Shown here piece by piece: positions 1-11,300 of a DNA stretch of 64,000 nucleotides. The translations under genes were made by a program, and so were the position numbers. The notes beneath the pieces were generated by a model, which saw only the letters and a list, made by a program, of their open reading frames with translations, was not told the origin of the DNA and did no database searches. Source of the stretch: Thermoplasmata archaeon (GTDB lineage Archaea; Thermoplasmatota; Thermoplasmata; Halarchaeoplasmatales; Halarchaeoplasmataceae); NCBI GenBank assembly GCA_046498385.1, contig JAWOAU010000011.1, positions 4,315 through 68,314 of the forward strand, read 5' to 3'. The stretch's first letter is position 1. Each line of letters opens with the position of its first letter.

Positions 1-3000
1 TCACGTAGAAACCTTGGAAATCGGCTTCATCATCTTCGTAGTTGTCCATCACCGTGTTGGTCACAACCCTGAACCGGATGTTGATAACGTTGCCTGAGAA
101 GTCCGATAGGTCAACGCTGAGCCTGTTGAGAGAGCTTGCGTATACCCAGTCCTCGCCTATATCTTCACCGTCGTAACCGCCGTCGTCTCCTCCGGAGACA
201 CCCCAAGATGCTCTTACTCCCAGATTGATGGCAACCCAAGTACGTCCACCGTTATCACTCACTTCCACCCTGAATCCCGGCGGAGGTTTGCCGTCCCTTG
301 AATTTATGTTGAATTTGAATTCCGCTTCAAGATCGGCGGTTTCGGCGTTCCGCAGGTCTATGGGATCGGTGATCAAACTGTTGTCGATACCTTCTTTGAA
401 CGAGTTCCACCATGCGATGGTCGGCTGCCCATCGCTGTCCATGGTGTTATTTAGCCACCATACATCATCGGAATCCATGGTCTCGTTCCACCAATCACCG
501 CTTCGGGTGGTGATGACGCTGGTATCGTCTATCCACCATCCGCCGGGTTTGACCCCGCCGCCGTACTGTTTGTAGTAGAACCGAATTCTGACGCTCTCCA
601 ATGCTTCATAGGAAATATCATATTCATCCTGTAGCACCCACAGTTCCCGCATTAGGTCGAGCTTAACGAACTCCCAATTCATGGTACCGCCGGCACTATT
701 GCCGCTCCAGCAGAAGTGGATATCCTGCCCGAAATCATCCAAATGAGGATCTACGCTGTCGGAATCCAACAGATTACCCGTATAGGGCCCTATATGCGGT
801 CTTATATATCGCCATAGGTAGTCGTTTTCCGGGTCATCTAGATCAGGTACACCGATCTCTATATAAGCCCCGTTTACACCCTGAATCAGCCTATACCTGT
901 GCCAGAAAGTGAGCCACGCTTCATCGGCGTTGGTTAAGTCGAAGACCGGTGTAACCGCCCACTTATCGAAGTTTTCTGGTTCATCCATTAGCTCGTAAGA
1001 ATCGTCATCATTCTGCAGTACGGGGATGTCCACGCTGGTGAGATTCTGGGGGCCTGATAGAGATGCGCCAATTTGTTCAAATATGTCATCAAGATCTGTC
1101 CCATCTTCAGAGTAGTGATACTCTGCTTTTGATGTATTGGCAATTCTCCACAGATTATACTCTACAGTACCGGATTCTATTGCTAAAGGATCTGATGGAT
1201 TGATATATACGTGATTGTTAGGATCATTCCAAAAGTTTCCTTCAGCTACCGGTCTAACGTTTGTAGTAACTGCATCCCAGTTAGGTATATCTTCATAGTG
1301 TTCTAATCCCAAACCAATTGTAAATATTGGAACAGAAGCTCCTAAAAGACCTTTCCGTGTTCCTCCAGTAGGATATACCCAACCCCAGTAGCCAGGCATC
1401 TCTTTGTAATCGTTGAGCTGATATTTTCCTATACGCTCAGAGTATGGTTCTTCGGGATAGTTTGGAGAATCCATGTTGTGCCATGGACTCCATTCTTCGC
1501 TATTTTGTTCAGCCCTATCGAAAGCTACGGGGCGTGGGTTATTTATTGCTGCAGTATCACTTGCCCGGAGGTCACATCCATCGGAAAGAACTACTACTGC
1601 GCGCTGTAATTCAGGTTCTATATCGGCGTATGTATGGACCACCTCCCAATAACCCAAACCTACCGCATCCCATAACGGGGTTTGACCGCCATCCCACCAT
1701 AGAGCGTTTTCTGTATTTAACTCATCTTCTAAAGATTCCCTGTGATCGGCTAACTTATGATATGCACGACCTTCAACAAGATGTACCGCAGGATTAGATC
1801 CACTTCCACCCATGAGTAACACTATGGATTCATTTGATAACTGATTTATTAGGGTAATAGCACCTTGTTGAGCAGCCATCAACCGTTTAATACCTGCGGG
1901 CGTGTCATGATCTTTCATTGAATCAGAACCGTCTATAACAATCGCGACGAACACATCCGCCTTTTGTGCAATATCCCCTTCCGGTTCATACATGAAGTAG
2001 CTGTAGGGATCGCTGAAAGAGTGGTCGCTCACCACCTCGACTCCCTCAGTATCGGACCAGTTACCTGCAACGTTGGTATCCAGATCTGTGTACTCCTCTC
2101 CCATGTAATCTATGGGGCTCTCTCCGCTTATGTAGGCCAGCTGTGCCTCGTGGGACCACTTGCCCGGCCCTTCCTGCATATCGTCCCAGAAGTAGTAAAC
2201 AGGGGTGGTGACGATGGCCTGGTTGTTGAAGCCCATAAGGTCATCGGTTTCCCGTTCTCCGGGTGGATTGGGTACCTCGGGTATCTCATGCAGTGGATCC
2301 ACGATCACCCTGAGATTCCTTTCGGGAGATGCGAACTCGGGGGTCCATCTTAGTTCAACGTCAGCGAAGCCGTTTGCAGGTATGTATGCCGATTCGGAGC
2401 CGAGATGGTTATCACCGTCTCTGAACCGTACCAAGGCTTCGGATTCAACGCCACCGAGGTTCTGTATTCTTGTGGTGATAAAGTAAGACCTACCGATGTT
2501 GGGGTTATCACTCTCTATATCTATATCAACATCGGACACACGCAGTTCGATCCTCTCATCGTAGTGACTGAACCAGTTGTTCACCATATACAAAAATTCA
2601 GCGTGCATGGTTTCCGGTGAATAATCGAATCCCAACAAATCGTACCATTGCTGATATTCCTCGTTTATAGGAGTCCTGAAATGCGATATGTCTACCGAGG
2701 AGAACACCAGGTTGTAGCCTGCCCCGGCTACTCGGTGACCGTAAGTACTATCCGATTCTTTCAATATGGGTACTCCGTCACCCACGGTCTCGTAGGCAAA
2801 GGCATCGTCGTAGGGTTGAAGGCGATAGTTTATCCCATGGCTCAATGGATCATCGAACACGCCTTTCAGTGCTTGAGGGGCTTGTTCTTCTGCATAAGAA
2901 GACCTATCTATGCATAGGAAGAATTCAAAGATCTCATCCATCATAGGATCACCAGAAAGTCCTTGTAGTGCACCATCTCCCATGAGAAGCAGATTCTGAG

Positions 3001-5362
3001 TTCCGGGATATTCCGTATATTCCATGATATCTACCATATCATTCCAACCTAATTCACCTTCTGTTCCCGTTGTCCATATCACCAGATTAAAATTCCTCAT
3101 GAAGTCCGGGGTCAAATCAAGGTCGGTAGCATTTCTTAGCATGTAGGCATAAGTCATATCACCATATGCATTTTCAATATTCTCCACGGAATAATCAGTA
3201 TCCGTTGTATCATCGACTATCAGTGTATGGAATCTTACATGGATAAATATGTCCTGATCCGTGTAGGTTATATCGTTGTTCTCCATATTGGCCTCGGGTA
3301 TACGTTGGTATGGATTCACCACTATCTTGAGTTCGTGGGTACCCACGGGTTCCGCCACCCAATCGAACTGTACAGTTATAGCGCTGTTTTTTGGTATTGC
3401 ATACTCCTTGAATTTTATCTCTTCATCGTTCATCACCAAAGCCACTTCGGTGTAGTTTTGGTCCAAATCACCGTTATTACGTACGGTGGCGGTCACTTCA
3501 ACAGTATCTCTGTAATTGGGCATAGGGTTATAGAATTCCTGACTAGTTACCGCAAGATCGGTCATCCTCTCTTCCGATAGTCCACCGAGCCATGTTATAA
3601 CCTTGTTCACAAGGTCCGACCGGTGACCTGTACCTGCCTCCATAATGCTGTCGATTTTTACGGACTGAAAAAAAGTCCTGTATCCCCCGGGCCCCGTGGT
3701 GTTGTACGCAATGGCAACAGTCTCATTGTTTGTGTTGTCCCTGAGTGCAGGTTTTCCTTGATCAACGGGTATGATGTAATGATCTGGCTGATAGTCCATG
3801 TGTACATTGAATGTTTCCGCCTGTAGGAATATTCCTTCATGGATACCATCAAGATCGCCCAGCGGTGCCATAGCGTCGTTTCCCCTATCTGAATGAAGGT
3901 ATGTTTCGAGGAAGTCGTGATTACTGATGTCATCTGCGATATTTTCACCTATCAACCATAATCTATGGTTCTTATCCAAAAATTCTTCCAACTCATCTTT
4001 ATCGTCTTCGATAAGCGTGTCCGTATTCGATCCGGTTACCCAGATGACGAGGTCGTAGGCGGACAGCTGTATTTCACCTACATCGTATGCAGGACCGCTA
4101 CCTCCAGAAGGTATGATAAAAGTGTCATGACTATAGCCTAATCCCATAAGGGTGTTTCTCATGGTCTGAGCGTCCTGGCTCAAGGTGCTGCTGGTTCGGG
4201 ATAAACCCTTGTCTACCAACAGTATGGTCTGTTGCACGTCTAAATGCTTGCTGCCGTATGCTACGTTGTCGTTGTAATGCGCCTCTACAGTTACGTTGTG
4301 CACCCCTGCAGGTCTTATCCTCCAATCAGCCATTACATCTCTTCCACCACCTGCGGGAACGGTTATGGTTTCCGTATGGACTATGCTCCACGTACCACCA
4401 GGGGAGGTGACATTGAATACGATATCGGCCATGGTTTGAGTACCCCCTCGGTTGTAAATGCCCGCACTTGCCGTTACCATCTCTCCACTGATGGGATATG
4501 CGGGGACGAACTCCATCCGCTGTTCGTCCACGCGAAGTTCAGCCTCATCGAGTTTTTCATCGGGCTCTCCTACGTTGAGTTCCAGATATGCAAAATCTCT
4601 GTTGTCACCTTCGTCGCACGCCCTTATATCCAATCTATAGGTGCCGTTTTCCAGGTCATCAGGGATTGTATGGCGCAAGTTGAAGCGGTAGACACGGTTA
4701 TCTAATCGGCTATGGCGGTACATATCTTTAACTTCGCCTCCGATAGGCTCTAGGTCTAGGGTTACATTTAGGTCTTCAAAGGGCGAATTCATGTCCATGA
4801 CCTCTACCCAGAAGGTAACTCTTTCATCAGGATATGCAAAATCATCCCCGACTATGGGATAATCTACGTCCACCGCTCTTATAATGGGAGCTAGTTCTTT
4901 AAATTCATCCCTTAGGTACATTTGGAATATGGTATGTGACCGGTACTGATCCAGCATTACCAGCTCTATCTTTTCCGCTATAGATAGTCTAACCTGTTCA
5001 GCGCCAGAGAATTCTAAGCGTGCGGTGGCGCCTATGGTCCACTCGGAATTTCCTCCGATGCTGGCACGTATATCGTCCTGTGATACACGTATCATATCTC
5101 GCCCTTCGTCGATAAAGAGCATCATCTCAAGGTCCTGTATCTCGATACTCTTTCCGCCCTCGTGTGATATATTCAGATAATAGGTGTCCAGTTCTTCCCA
5201 GGTTATGGATAATCTGCGGTGTTGTTGGGGTACGGGCGGTTCAAAATTTTGAACGCTGGCGAAGATGGCCGTAAAAAGCACTATCGTTATGCTTAGAGTG
5301 AGTATACTGCCCACTACCTCGGAAACACCTTCTTTGTCCAGCTTAAACCCTCTTCTTAACAT
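1..5362 (-). CDS. Giant type IV pilin-like surface protein (class III signal, CARDB-like and alpha/beta domains, nested beta-sandwich domains, vWA insert); 3' end just outside the window
   Basis: Not in the ORF track (no stop within the window). Read by hand: ATG at 5362 gives MLRRGFKLDKEG|VSEVVGSILTLSITIVLFTAIF; the frame is still open at position 2 (...DFQGFYV), which matches the paralog's C-terminal ...AGFYVDNV, so only about 10-15 codons are likely missing. vWA MIDAS-like IVIDGSDSM, GGQTPLWDA, VVLSDG. Confidence 0.85.
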   Translation of the reverse strand, partial: MLRRGFKLDKEGVSEVVGSILTLSITIVLFTAIFASVQNFEPPVPQQHRRLSITWEELDTYYLNISHEGGKSIEIQDLEMMLFIDEGRDMIRVSQDDIRASIGGNSEWTIGATARLEFSGAEQVRLSIAEKIELVMLDQYRSHTIFQMYLRDEFKELAPIIRAVDVDYPIVGDDFAYPDERVTFWVEVMDMNSPFEDLNVTLDLEPIGGEVKDMYRHSRLDNRVYRFNLRHTIPDDLENGTYRLDIRACDEGDNRDFAYLELNVGEPDEKLDEAELRVDEQRMEFVPAYPISGEMVTASAGIYNRGGTQTMADIVFNVTSPGGTWSIVHTETITVPAGGGRDVMADWRIRPAGVHNVTVEAHYNDNVAYGSKHLDVQQTILLVDKGLSRTSSTLSQDAQTMRNTLMGLGYSHDTFIIPSGGSGPAYDVGEIQLSAYDLVIWVTGSNTDTLIEDDKDELEEFLDKNHRLWLIGENIADDISNHDFLETYLHSDRGNDAMAPLGDLDGIHEGIFLQAETFNVHMDYQPDHYIIPVDQGKPALRDNTNNETVAIAYNTTGPGGYRTFFQSVKIDSIMEAGTGHRSDLVNKVITWLGGLSEERMTDLAVTSQEFYNPMPNYRDTVEVTATVRNNGDLDQNYTEVALVMNDEEIKFKEYAIPKNSAITVQFDWVAEPVGTHELKIVVNPYQRIPEANMENNDITYTDQDIFIHVRFHTLIVDDTTDTDYSVENIENAYGDMTYAYMLRNATDLDLTPDFMRNFNLVIWTTGTEGELGWNDMVDIMEYTEYPGTQNLLLMGDGALQGLSGDPMMDEIFEFFLCIDRSSYAEEQAPQALKGVFDDPLSHGINYRLQPYDDAFAYETVGDGVPILKESDSTYGHRVAGAGYNLVFSSVDISHFRTPINEEYQQWYDLLGFDYSPETMHAEFLYMVNNWFSHYDERIELRVSDVDIDIESDNPNIGRSYFITTRIQNLGGVESEALVRFRDGDNHLGSESAYIPANGFADVELRWTPEFASPERNLRVIVDPLHEIPEVPNPPGERETDDLMGFNNQAIVTTPVYYFWDDMQEGPGKWSHEAQLAYISGESPIDYMGEEYTDLDTNVAGNWSDTEGVEVVSDHSFSDPYSYFMYEPEGDIAQKADVFVAIVIDGSDSMKDHDTPAGIKRLMAAQQGAITLINQLSNESIVLLMGGSGSNPAVHLVEGRAYHKLADHRESLEDELNTENALWWDGGQTPLWDAVGLGYWEVVHTYADIEPELQRAVVVLSDGCDLRASDTAAINNPRPVAFDRAEQNSEEWSPWHNMDSPNYPEEPYSERIGKYQLNDYKEMPGYWGWVYPTGGTRKGLLGASVPIFTIGLGLEHYEDIPNWDAVTTNVRPVAEGNFWNDPNNHVYINPSDPLAIESGTVEYNLWRIANTSKAEYHYSEDGTDLDDIFEQIGASLSGPQNLTSVDIPVLQNDDDSYELMDEPENFDKWAVTPVFDLTNADEAWLTFWHRYRLIQGVNGAYIEIGVPDLDDPENDYLWRYIRPHIGPYTGNLLDSDSVDPHLDDFGQDIHFCWSGNSAGGTMNWEFVKLDLMRELWVLQDEYDISYEALESVRIRFYYKQYGGGVKPGGWWIDDTSVITTRSGDWWNETMDSDDVWWLNNTMDSDGQPTIAWWNSFKEGIDNSLITDPIDLRNAETADLEAEFKFNINSRDGKPPPGFRVEVSDNGGRTWVAINLGVRASWGVSGGDDGGYDGEDIGEDWVYASSLNRLSVDLSDFSGNVINIRFRVVTNTVMDNYEDDEADFQGFYV

Positions 5363-5367
5363 GGATA

Positions 5368-8300
5368 TCAACCTTCTTCTATAGAGCTACCGCTCACGAT
5401 AACGTTATCAACGTAGAAACCGGCATCCTCCCCGGGATCATCGTAGTGATTGTAACTACCGGTGGTTGTGATCATCCTGAATCGTATGCGGATAACTTCA
5501 CCTCTGAAGTCAGATAGATCCGTCTCCAACCTAGCTAGAGACTCGGCAGAGGTCCATCCGTGACCTATGTCTGTTCCCTGATATCCATCACCGCCGCCGG
5601 AAACACCCCATGAAGTTCTAACACCCAAGTTGATGGCCTGCCACGTCCGTCCGCCGTCGGTGGTGATCTCCACCCGAAATCCGTCCGGTGGTGCGCCGGA
5701 TTGAATATTGAAATTGAACTTAAAGTACGCGCTAAGTGTTGCATTTCGTGCGTTTGTCAGGTCTATGGAGGTGGTTATCAAGCTGTTGTCTATTCCGCTC
5801 TTCAGGTAATCTCCGTCGGGATCGGTAGGATGAGCGTTGCGCCACGCGGTGGTCGGATTTCCGTCCCAACCGGTGACCTCTTCCGTTCTCCAGACGTCCC
5901 GATGAGAATCAGTCAGATCATTATCGCCTCTGCTCACCACCATCCGTACGTCATCCAGGTACCAACCGTAACCTGTACCACCACCGTACTGGGTGTAGTT
6001 GAACATTATCCTTACATCGTCCTCATAACCCTCGGGAACGTACCGCAGCACGTTTATCTGTACCCTGTCCCAGCCGAAGGCTCCCCCACCGCTGGTACCA
6101 CTCCACGCGAAGTTGATATCATTCCCGAAGCTGTCCGTTCTTGTAACATCCATGTCAAGATTACTGGTGTAGGCCCCTTCCGTTGGTATTGCGTAGGTCC
6201 ATGCGTAACCGTGTTCGTCCACCCAATCTGCATCGAGATCCTCATCGGCCATCACGCCTACCATCACGAAACCACCATTGGTACCGGTAACCATTCTGTA
6301 CTTCGAGCGGAAGACGAGTCCAGCTTGCTGGTAATCCTGGAGGCTGAAGGATGGTGTGATCGCGGTTTTGTTGGTATTTTGCTCTCCAGGTTCACCGGGG
6401 TCGAGGTCATCGGGATCCTCTCCCTCAGCAACAGTGGTGAATGACCATGTTGCGGATTCATTCGTCATTGTTCCATCAAATGCTATTGCATACCATGAGT
6501 ATTCAACTTCATATTCAAGACCGTACCATCTAACCCCCGGGGTTCTAGTTCCACTGGGAACATCAAGATCGAAACCGATCAAATTGTCGTTGGATGCATC
6601 AAAGAATGCCACATCCATTGCTTTATCATCCGGGTGGGACACATATACACTCAGACTCGGTGTTGTGCTAACTGATGTTGCCCCGTCGGTGGGGTTTGGG
6701 TTTGTAGGTGAATCCGGAGGGTTTATTGCGGAATCCGAATGGGTAAACCCTTCTATACGAGAATTGTGATCTTCATCACCCCATGAGAAATATGAATATG
6801 TTCGTGTCCACCAGTATCCGTCCCTCTGTGTATAGTAATAAACAGTCCATTCGTTATCACGTAAGCTAACAGCACCCAGTTGTTCTGTGGTGAATTCGGC
6901 TCTTTGATTCCATGCACCACTTCCAAATCTATCGTAAACCCTCACAACGATGGAATCGGTAGTTGAAATTGAACTGTAAGGAGGTGTCCATGTTGCAGAT
7001 TGAATACCCTCGCCGTTTGAACTGCGTGATACTTGAGCAACAGGAGTTCCCGTTGTTATCTCTTCCGTACCACCCATCTCGTCCCGGGCCCAAACTCTTA
7101 TGCCCCATGTAACTGCAACATTAGAATCGATATCGTCTCCAACCGTATCAAAATCCAACCCGGGGCCGTCGGATTCCAATCTATATGTATCCAAGCCGTT
7201 GACATCCCAGGTCGTTGTTTTCATATATCGTGTTTCCGTAGTCTGTGCCCAACTATTTCTTGAAGTATATTCAGTACCAGTATCGTAGATGGCTATATCG
7301 TTGTCGGGAATAGATGTAACATTACCGGCTTCCGCTGACTCCTGAACAACCTCACTGAATATCTGTTGGAATATGCCTCCGAGTTGATCTGAATCAGGGG
7401 CATAGAAGTAACTCCCGTTGGTTGACTTTGCTATCTGGATTAATTGATATTCGCTCGTGAACGGGTATTCGGATGCAAAGGGAGACATGTAACTGGCATC
7501 TCCTGAAGGCAGATACGCACTGGGTGATGTACCCAATGCAACCGTGTACGTTAACATCGGTGCATTCACAAGAGCCAAACGTTCTGTGGAACGACTACTT
7601 GATCTTCTGTATAGGAGTTCTATCCAATCCACACTACCGTCATCCCAACGTAGTACATCATTATTAGATCCACCTTGATCTCGGTAATCGAATGCATCAT
7701 CACCCCATTCGTGACCGCCATCAACTCCCCAGGTATGATCCAAAGGTCCAACCCCTCGAACGCATCCGGGGGCATAAATATTACTTCCTCTTTCCGGAGG
7801 ATCATCAGCAAAATGTTCATCATCACCGTCGGTGAATAGTATAGTCGCTTGAACATAGTCTTCATCAGGAATACCGGTTGGTCTTGGATTGTCAATCACA
7901 TGGTTCAAGGTATAACCTGATGCATCCCAAAGGGGCGTCCCCCCACTTGCTGTGAAATCGTCTACTCTGGATTTAAAGAAATCCTTGTTGTCGTCCGTCA
8001 TGTATCTGAAATCTTCCCATAGGAAGGAGCCATCATCTTTATGATAACTGTCCAAATTAAACAAAGCTACCCGATCGTTCTCATCGAACATGTCTATCAG
8101 ATCTTTGGTTGCTATTTTTGCATCCTCGATTTTATCCCCGGACATACTTCCCGTGGTATCTACCATAACGCCCATATCTATCGGTAACCTGCCGCCGCTT
8201 ATCTCTCCGCCGACGGACTCCTTGAGATGATACGAGTACGGGTCGCTGAAGGCGTATTCATCGGTATTATTGATACCCTCGGACATATCGTTGTCCCAAT

Positions 8301-11300
8301 CATCGATGATTTCGGTGTAAACCGAGTCGTACTCTCCACTGAGATATTCAAGGGGATGCTCTCCGTTGACGTTCATTATGGTGGCTTCGGTCTCCCAGTT
8401 ATCCGCCCCGCTCTCCATATCATCCCAGAAGTAGTAGACCGGCGTCTCTATGAGGGCGTGGTTGTTGAAGCCCATGGTATTGTCGCCGATCTCGTCCACG
8501 GTACAGCGGGGGTCCACCAGCACACGTACGGGACGTACCGGACCGGCGAACAGCGGTCTCCACATAACTTCCGCAGTCGCACTGCCCCCGGAAGGTATGT
8601 ACATGCTCTCAGAGGCGATGTGGGAGTCTCCGTCCTTGAAGCGGACCAGGGCATCGGAGGGACTGTGTCCTAAGTTCGTTATGGTAGCACTCAAAAGATA
8701 AGAACGGCCGAGCATGGGTTGTTGTTCCTCTACGCTTATGTCCACCGAGGATATCTTGAGTTCAACCCTCTCGTCAACGTTCCCTAGATGATCGGTGACC
8801 ATGTATGTTAACTCGGTTTGCACGGGTAAGGAATCCAAGTCGATGTCCTCCTGGAAATCGTCGTACCAATCATCCAGGTAGACAGGACCTGTAAGACGGG
8901 CAAGGTCCATACCCAGGAAGATCACCTTTGAATCCTCGTAATCGTTTCTCGCACCTATCAGGGCATCCTTCTCATCGTTGTGGTAAGTGTATGCGAATCC
9001 GTGGCCACCGTTCAATACAAAAGTAGTGTGGGATCCATCCTCACCGTCAACACTGTATTCCATACCATGACCCAGTTCGTCGTCTATCTCTCCTCTTATC
9101 TCGTGAGGTGCATTGGTAACATTTCCAATATCACCTAAATTTCCGCTTATACCCATCACATCGTCTATGAACCCTGAATCAACTTCCCTAATATGTTCAA
9201 GCACGTTATCGCCGCTCAAAAAGAAGCTAGTCCCTTCTTTTTTGTCAAGGAATTCCTTTATACTCTCGAGCACGTCTCCAGATATAGCCTCTTTTACTTC
9301 CCCTGCATCCCAGTACACTGTATTGTAGCGTTTCAGAGTTTCGTTTATGTCTATGGGATCCCCGTTTTCATCTTCTATGCTTTCATCTTGGTAAGTGTAA
9401 ATATTATGTGCGTACCCCAGTTCTTCCAAAGTGCTCTGGAGCGGCGTATCCTCTCCTTCGACCCGGGCATTCACCAGCATCACCGAGAAGCGCACGTTCA
9501 CCGTGTAGTCAACGTCGGTGTAGCGTATATCGTTGTTCTCCTGAGTTGTCTCTTCTACACGGTTGTAGGGATCAACGACTACCAGTATCTCATGCACGCC
9601 AACCGGTTCGGCCGTCCAGTAAAAGGTAACGTCCTTTGTCTCGCCCTCAGTTATGTTAACGTACTTTCTGTAGTCCTCTCCCCTGAGATAATTACCGTTA
9701 ACCTTGAGCCGTACTTCCACGTTCGTCATATTTTCCACACCGTTGTTGAGTATGGTCCCGGTTACGTTTACTTCTTGCTGATACATGGGATGTATCGGTC
9801 CGTAGACCCCGTCGAATTTCTGGTCGATCAGGGCAAGGTCGTTGCCGTGACGTTGGCTGATGTTTCCAAGCCATTCGAGTACCCTGCCGGCCATCAGTAA
9901 CCTGCTCCCGGGCTCCACGGACCTGAACATATAGGAGTTGAACATGGTCCTGTTTCTTCCGCCTTCCCAGCTAACACCCAGTCCACCTCCTCCGTCACCA
10001 TCTGTCATTGCAAGTGTCCCTTCATCTATTGCATCGATATATCCCCCTTTCCAGGTTCCGGTTGCGGGATAATGCTGTCCCTCGGTGAAAGGCGTGTCTA
10101 TACCGTATATCAGACTTTTAAAGGGTGCATCTGCATTTGCAATATCTATCTCTGCGTGCAGGTTATCTTGGAGCCAACCATCCCAACCATTTTCTTGAGC
10201 ATCGTTCAGGATACCTTCGCCTACGAGCCACAGGAATCCACCTTCTTCGATGAACTTCGCAAGATTCTCCCGGTCAGCTTCAGTGAGGGTTCTGCGCATC
10301 TCTATATTATCTCCTCCTAGGTCCCTCCTGGTCCTACCGGTCATCCATATGACTAGATCCTGTTCTTTCAGCGGAAACTCACCTTCATCCCAAAGGGGAG
10401 GTGAGTTTGTATATCTATAATCCTGATCTAGGCCGTCCAATGCCCCTTTCATCGCCCTTCCGTCGCTGCCATAGGTCTCTTGAGTATCGTCTACCAGTAG
10501 TATGATGGGACTTACGAACAATTCACTCCTGTCGATGTTCAAATCCGGACTGGCATCGCTACCGCCGGTTGAAAAGATGTCGTGCAGTTCGACGGTTATC
10601 TCATGTTCACCGCTGCCGTTCACCTGCCAGGTAACCTGTAAGTCCCTGCCACCTCCAGCGGCCACGTGGAGATGCTCTATGAAGCCTATATTTTCACCGT
10701 AGTCCAACTCATCATACACTTCGTGAGGCAGTCTATCGTAAAACGAAATGTTCATCCTGGCGGAGCTCCCGCCGTAGTTCTCTATGGTGGCCCGGACGGT
10801 AACGCTGTCTCTGTTCGTTGGATTCACAGGAATGAACTCCTGTATATTGACACGCAAGTCGGGCTCTTCACCTACGACTCCGGCCCGGCCCACGTTTAGC
10901 GTAATGTACTCAGACCGTGACCAGGCTACGCTATTGTTCATGGTCCCGTTAACCGCCAGCTCTCGAGATATATCTTCGTTTCCCGTATGTATGTATATCC
11001 GCAGCAAATACGTACCGTTATCCTGTTCTCTAGGCACCGTGAGGGACCCTGAATGGGGGTAAACGAACCGGTTACCTTGTCTGCTCATGTTGTACAGATT
11101 GGAACCCCATGCACCACCATCCTGGAATCCTTCTATACGTCCAAGGTCGACCATCACGTTATCTTTTATATCGTTCAAATCTCCGCCATCCCACTCTATA
11201 TTAGCGTAAAGAGAAACATCTTCTCCTGCATCGACGGCTACATGCCATGGTTGGGGGTACACCACGCCGGCTTCTTTAACATAGGGACGTTCGCCGAGGA

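Noticed and set aside
195..8480. Similar nucleotide stretches between the two giant genes as a possible DGR template/variable repeat
   Set aside because: Differences are mostly synonymous and not adenine-specific, both copies are coding, and no reverse transcriptase is in the window; ordinary paralogy.
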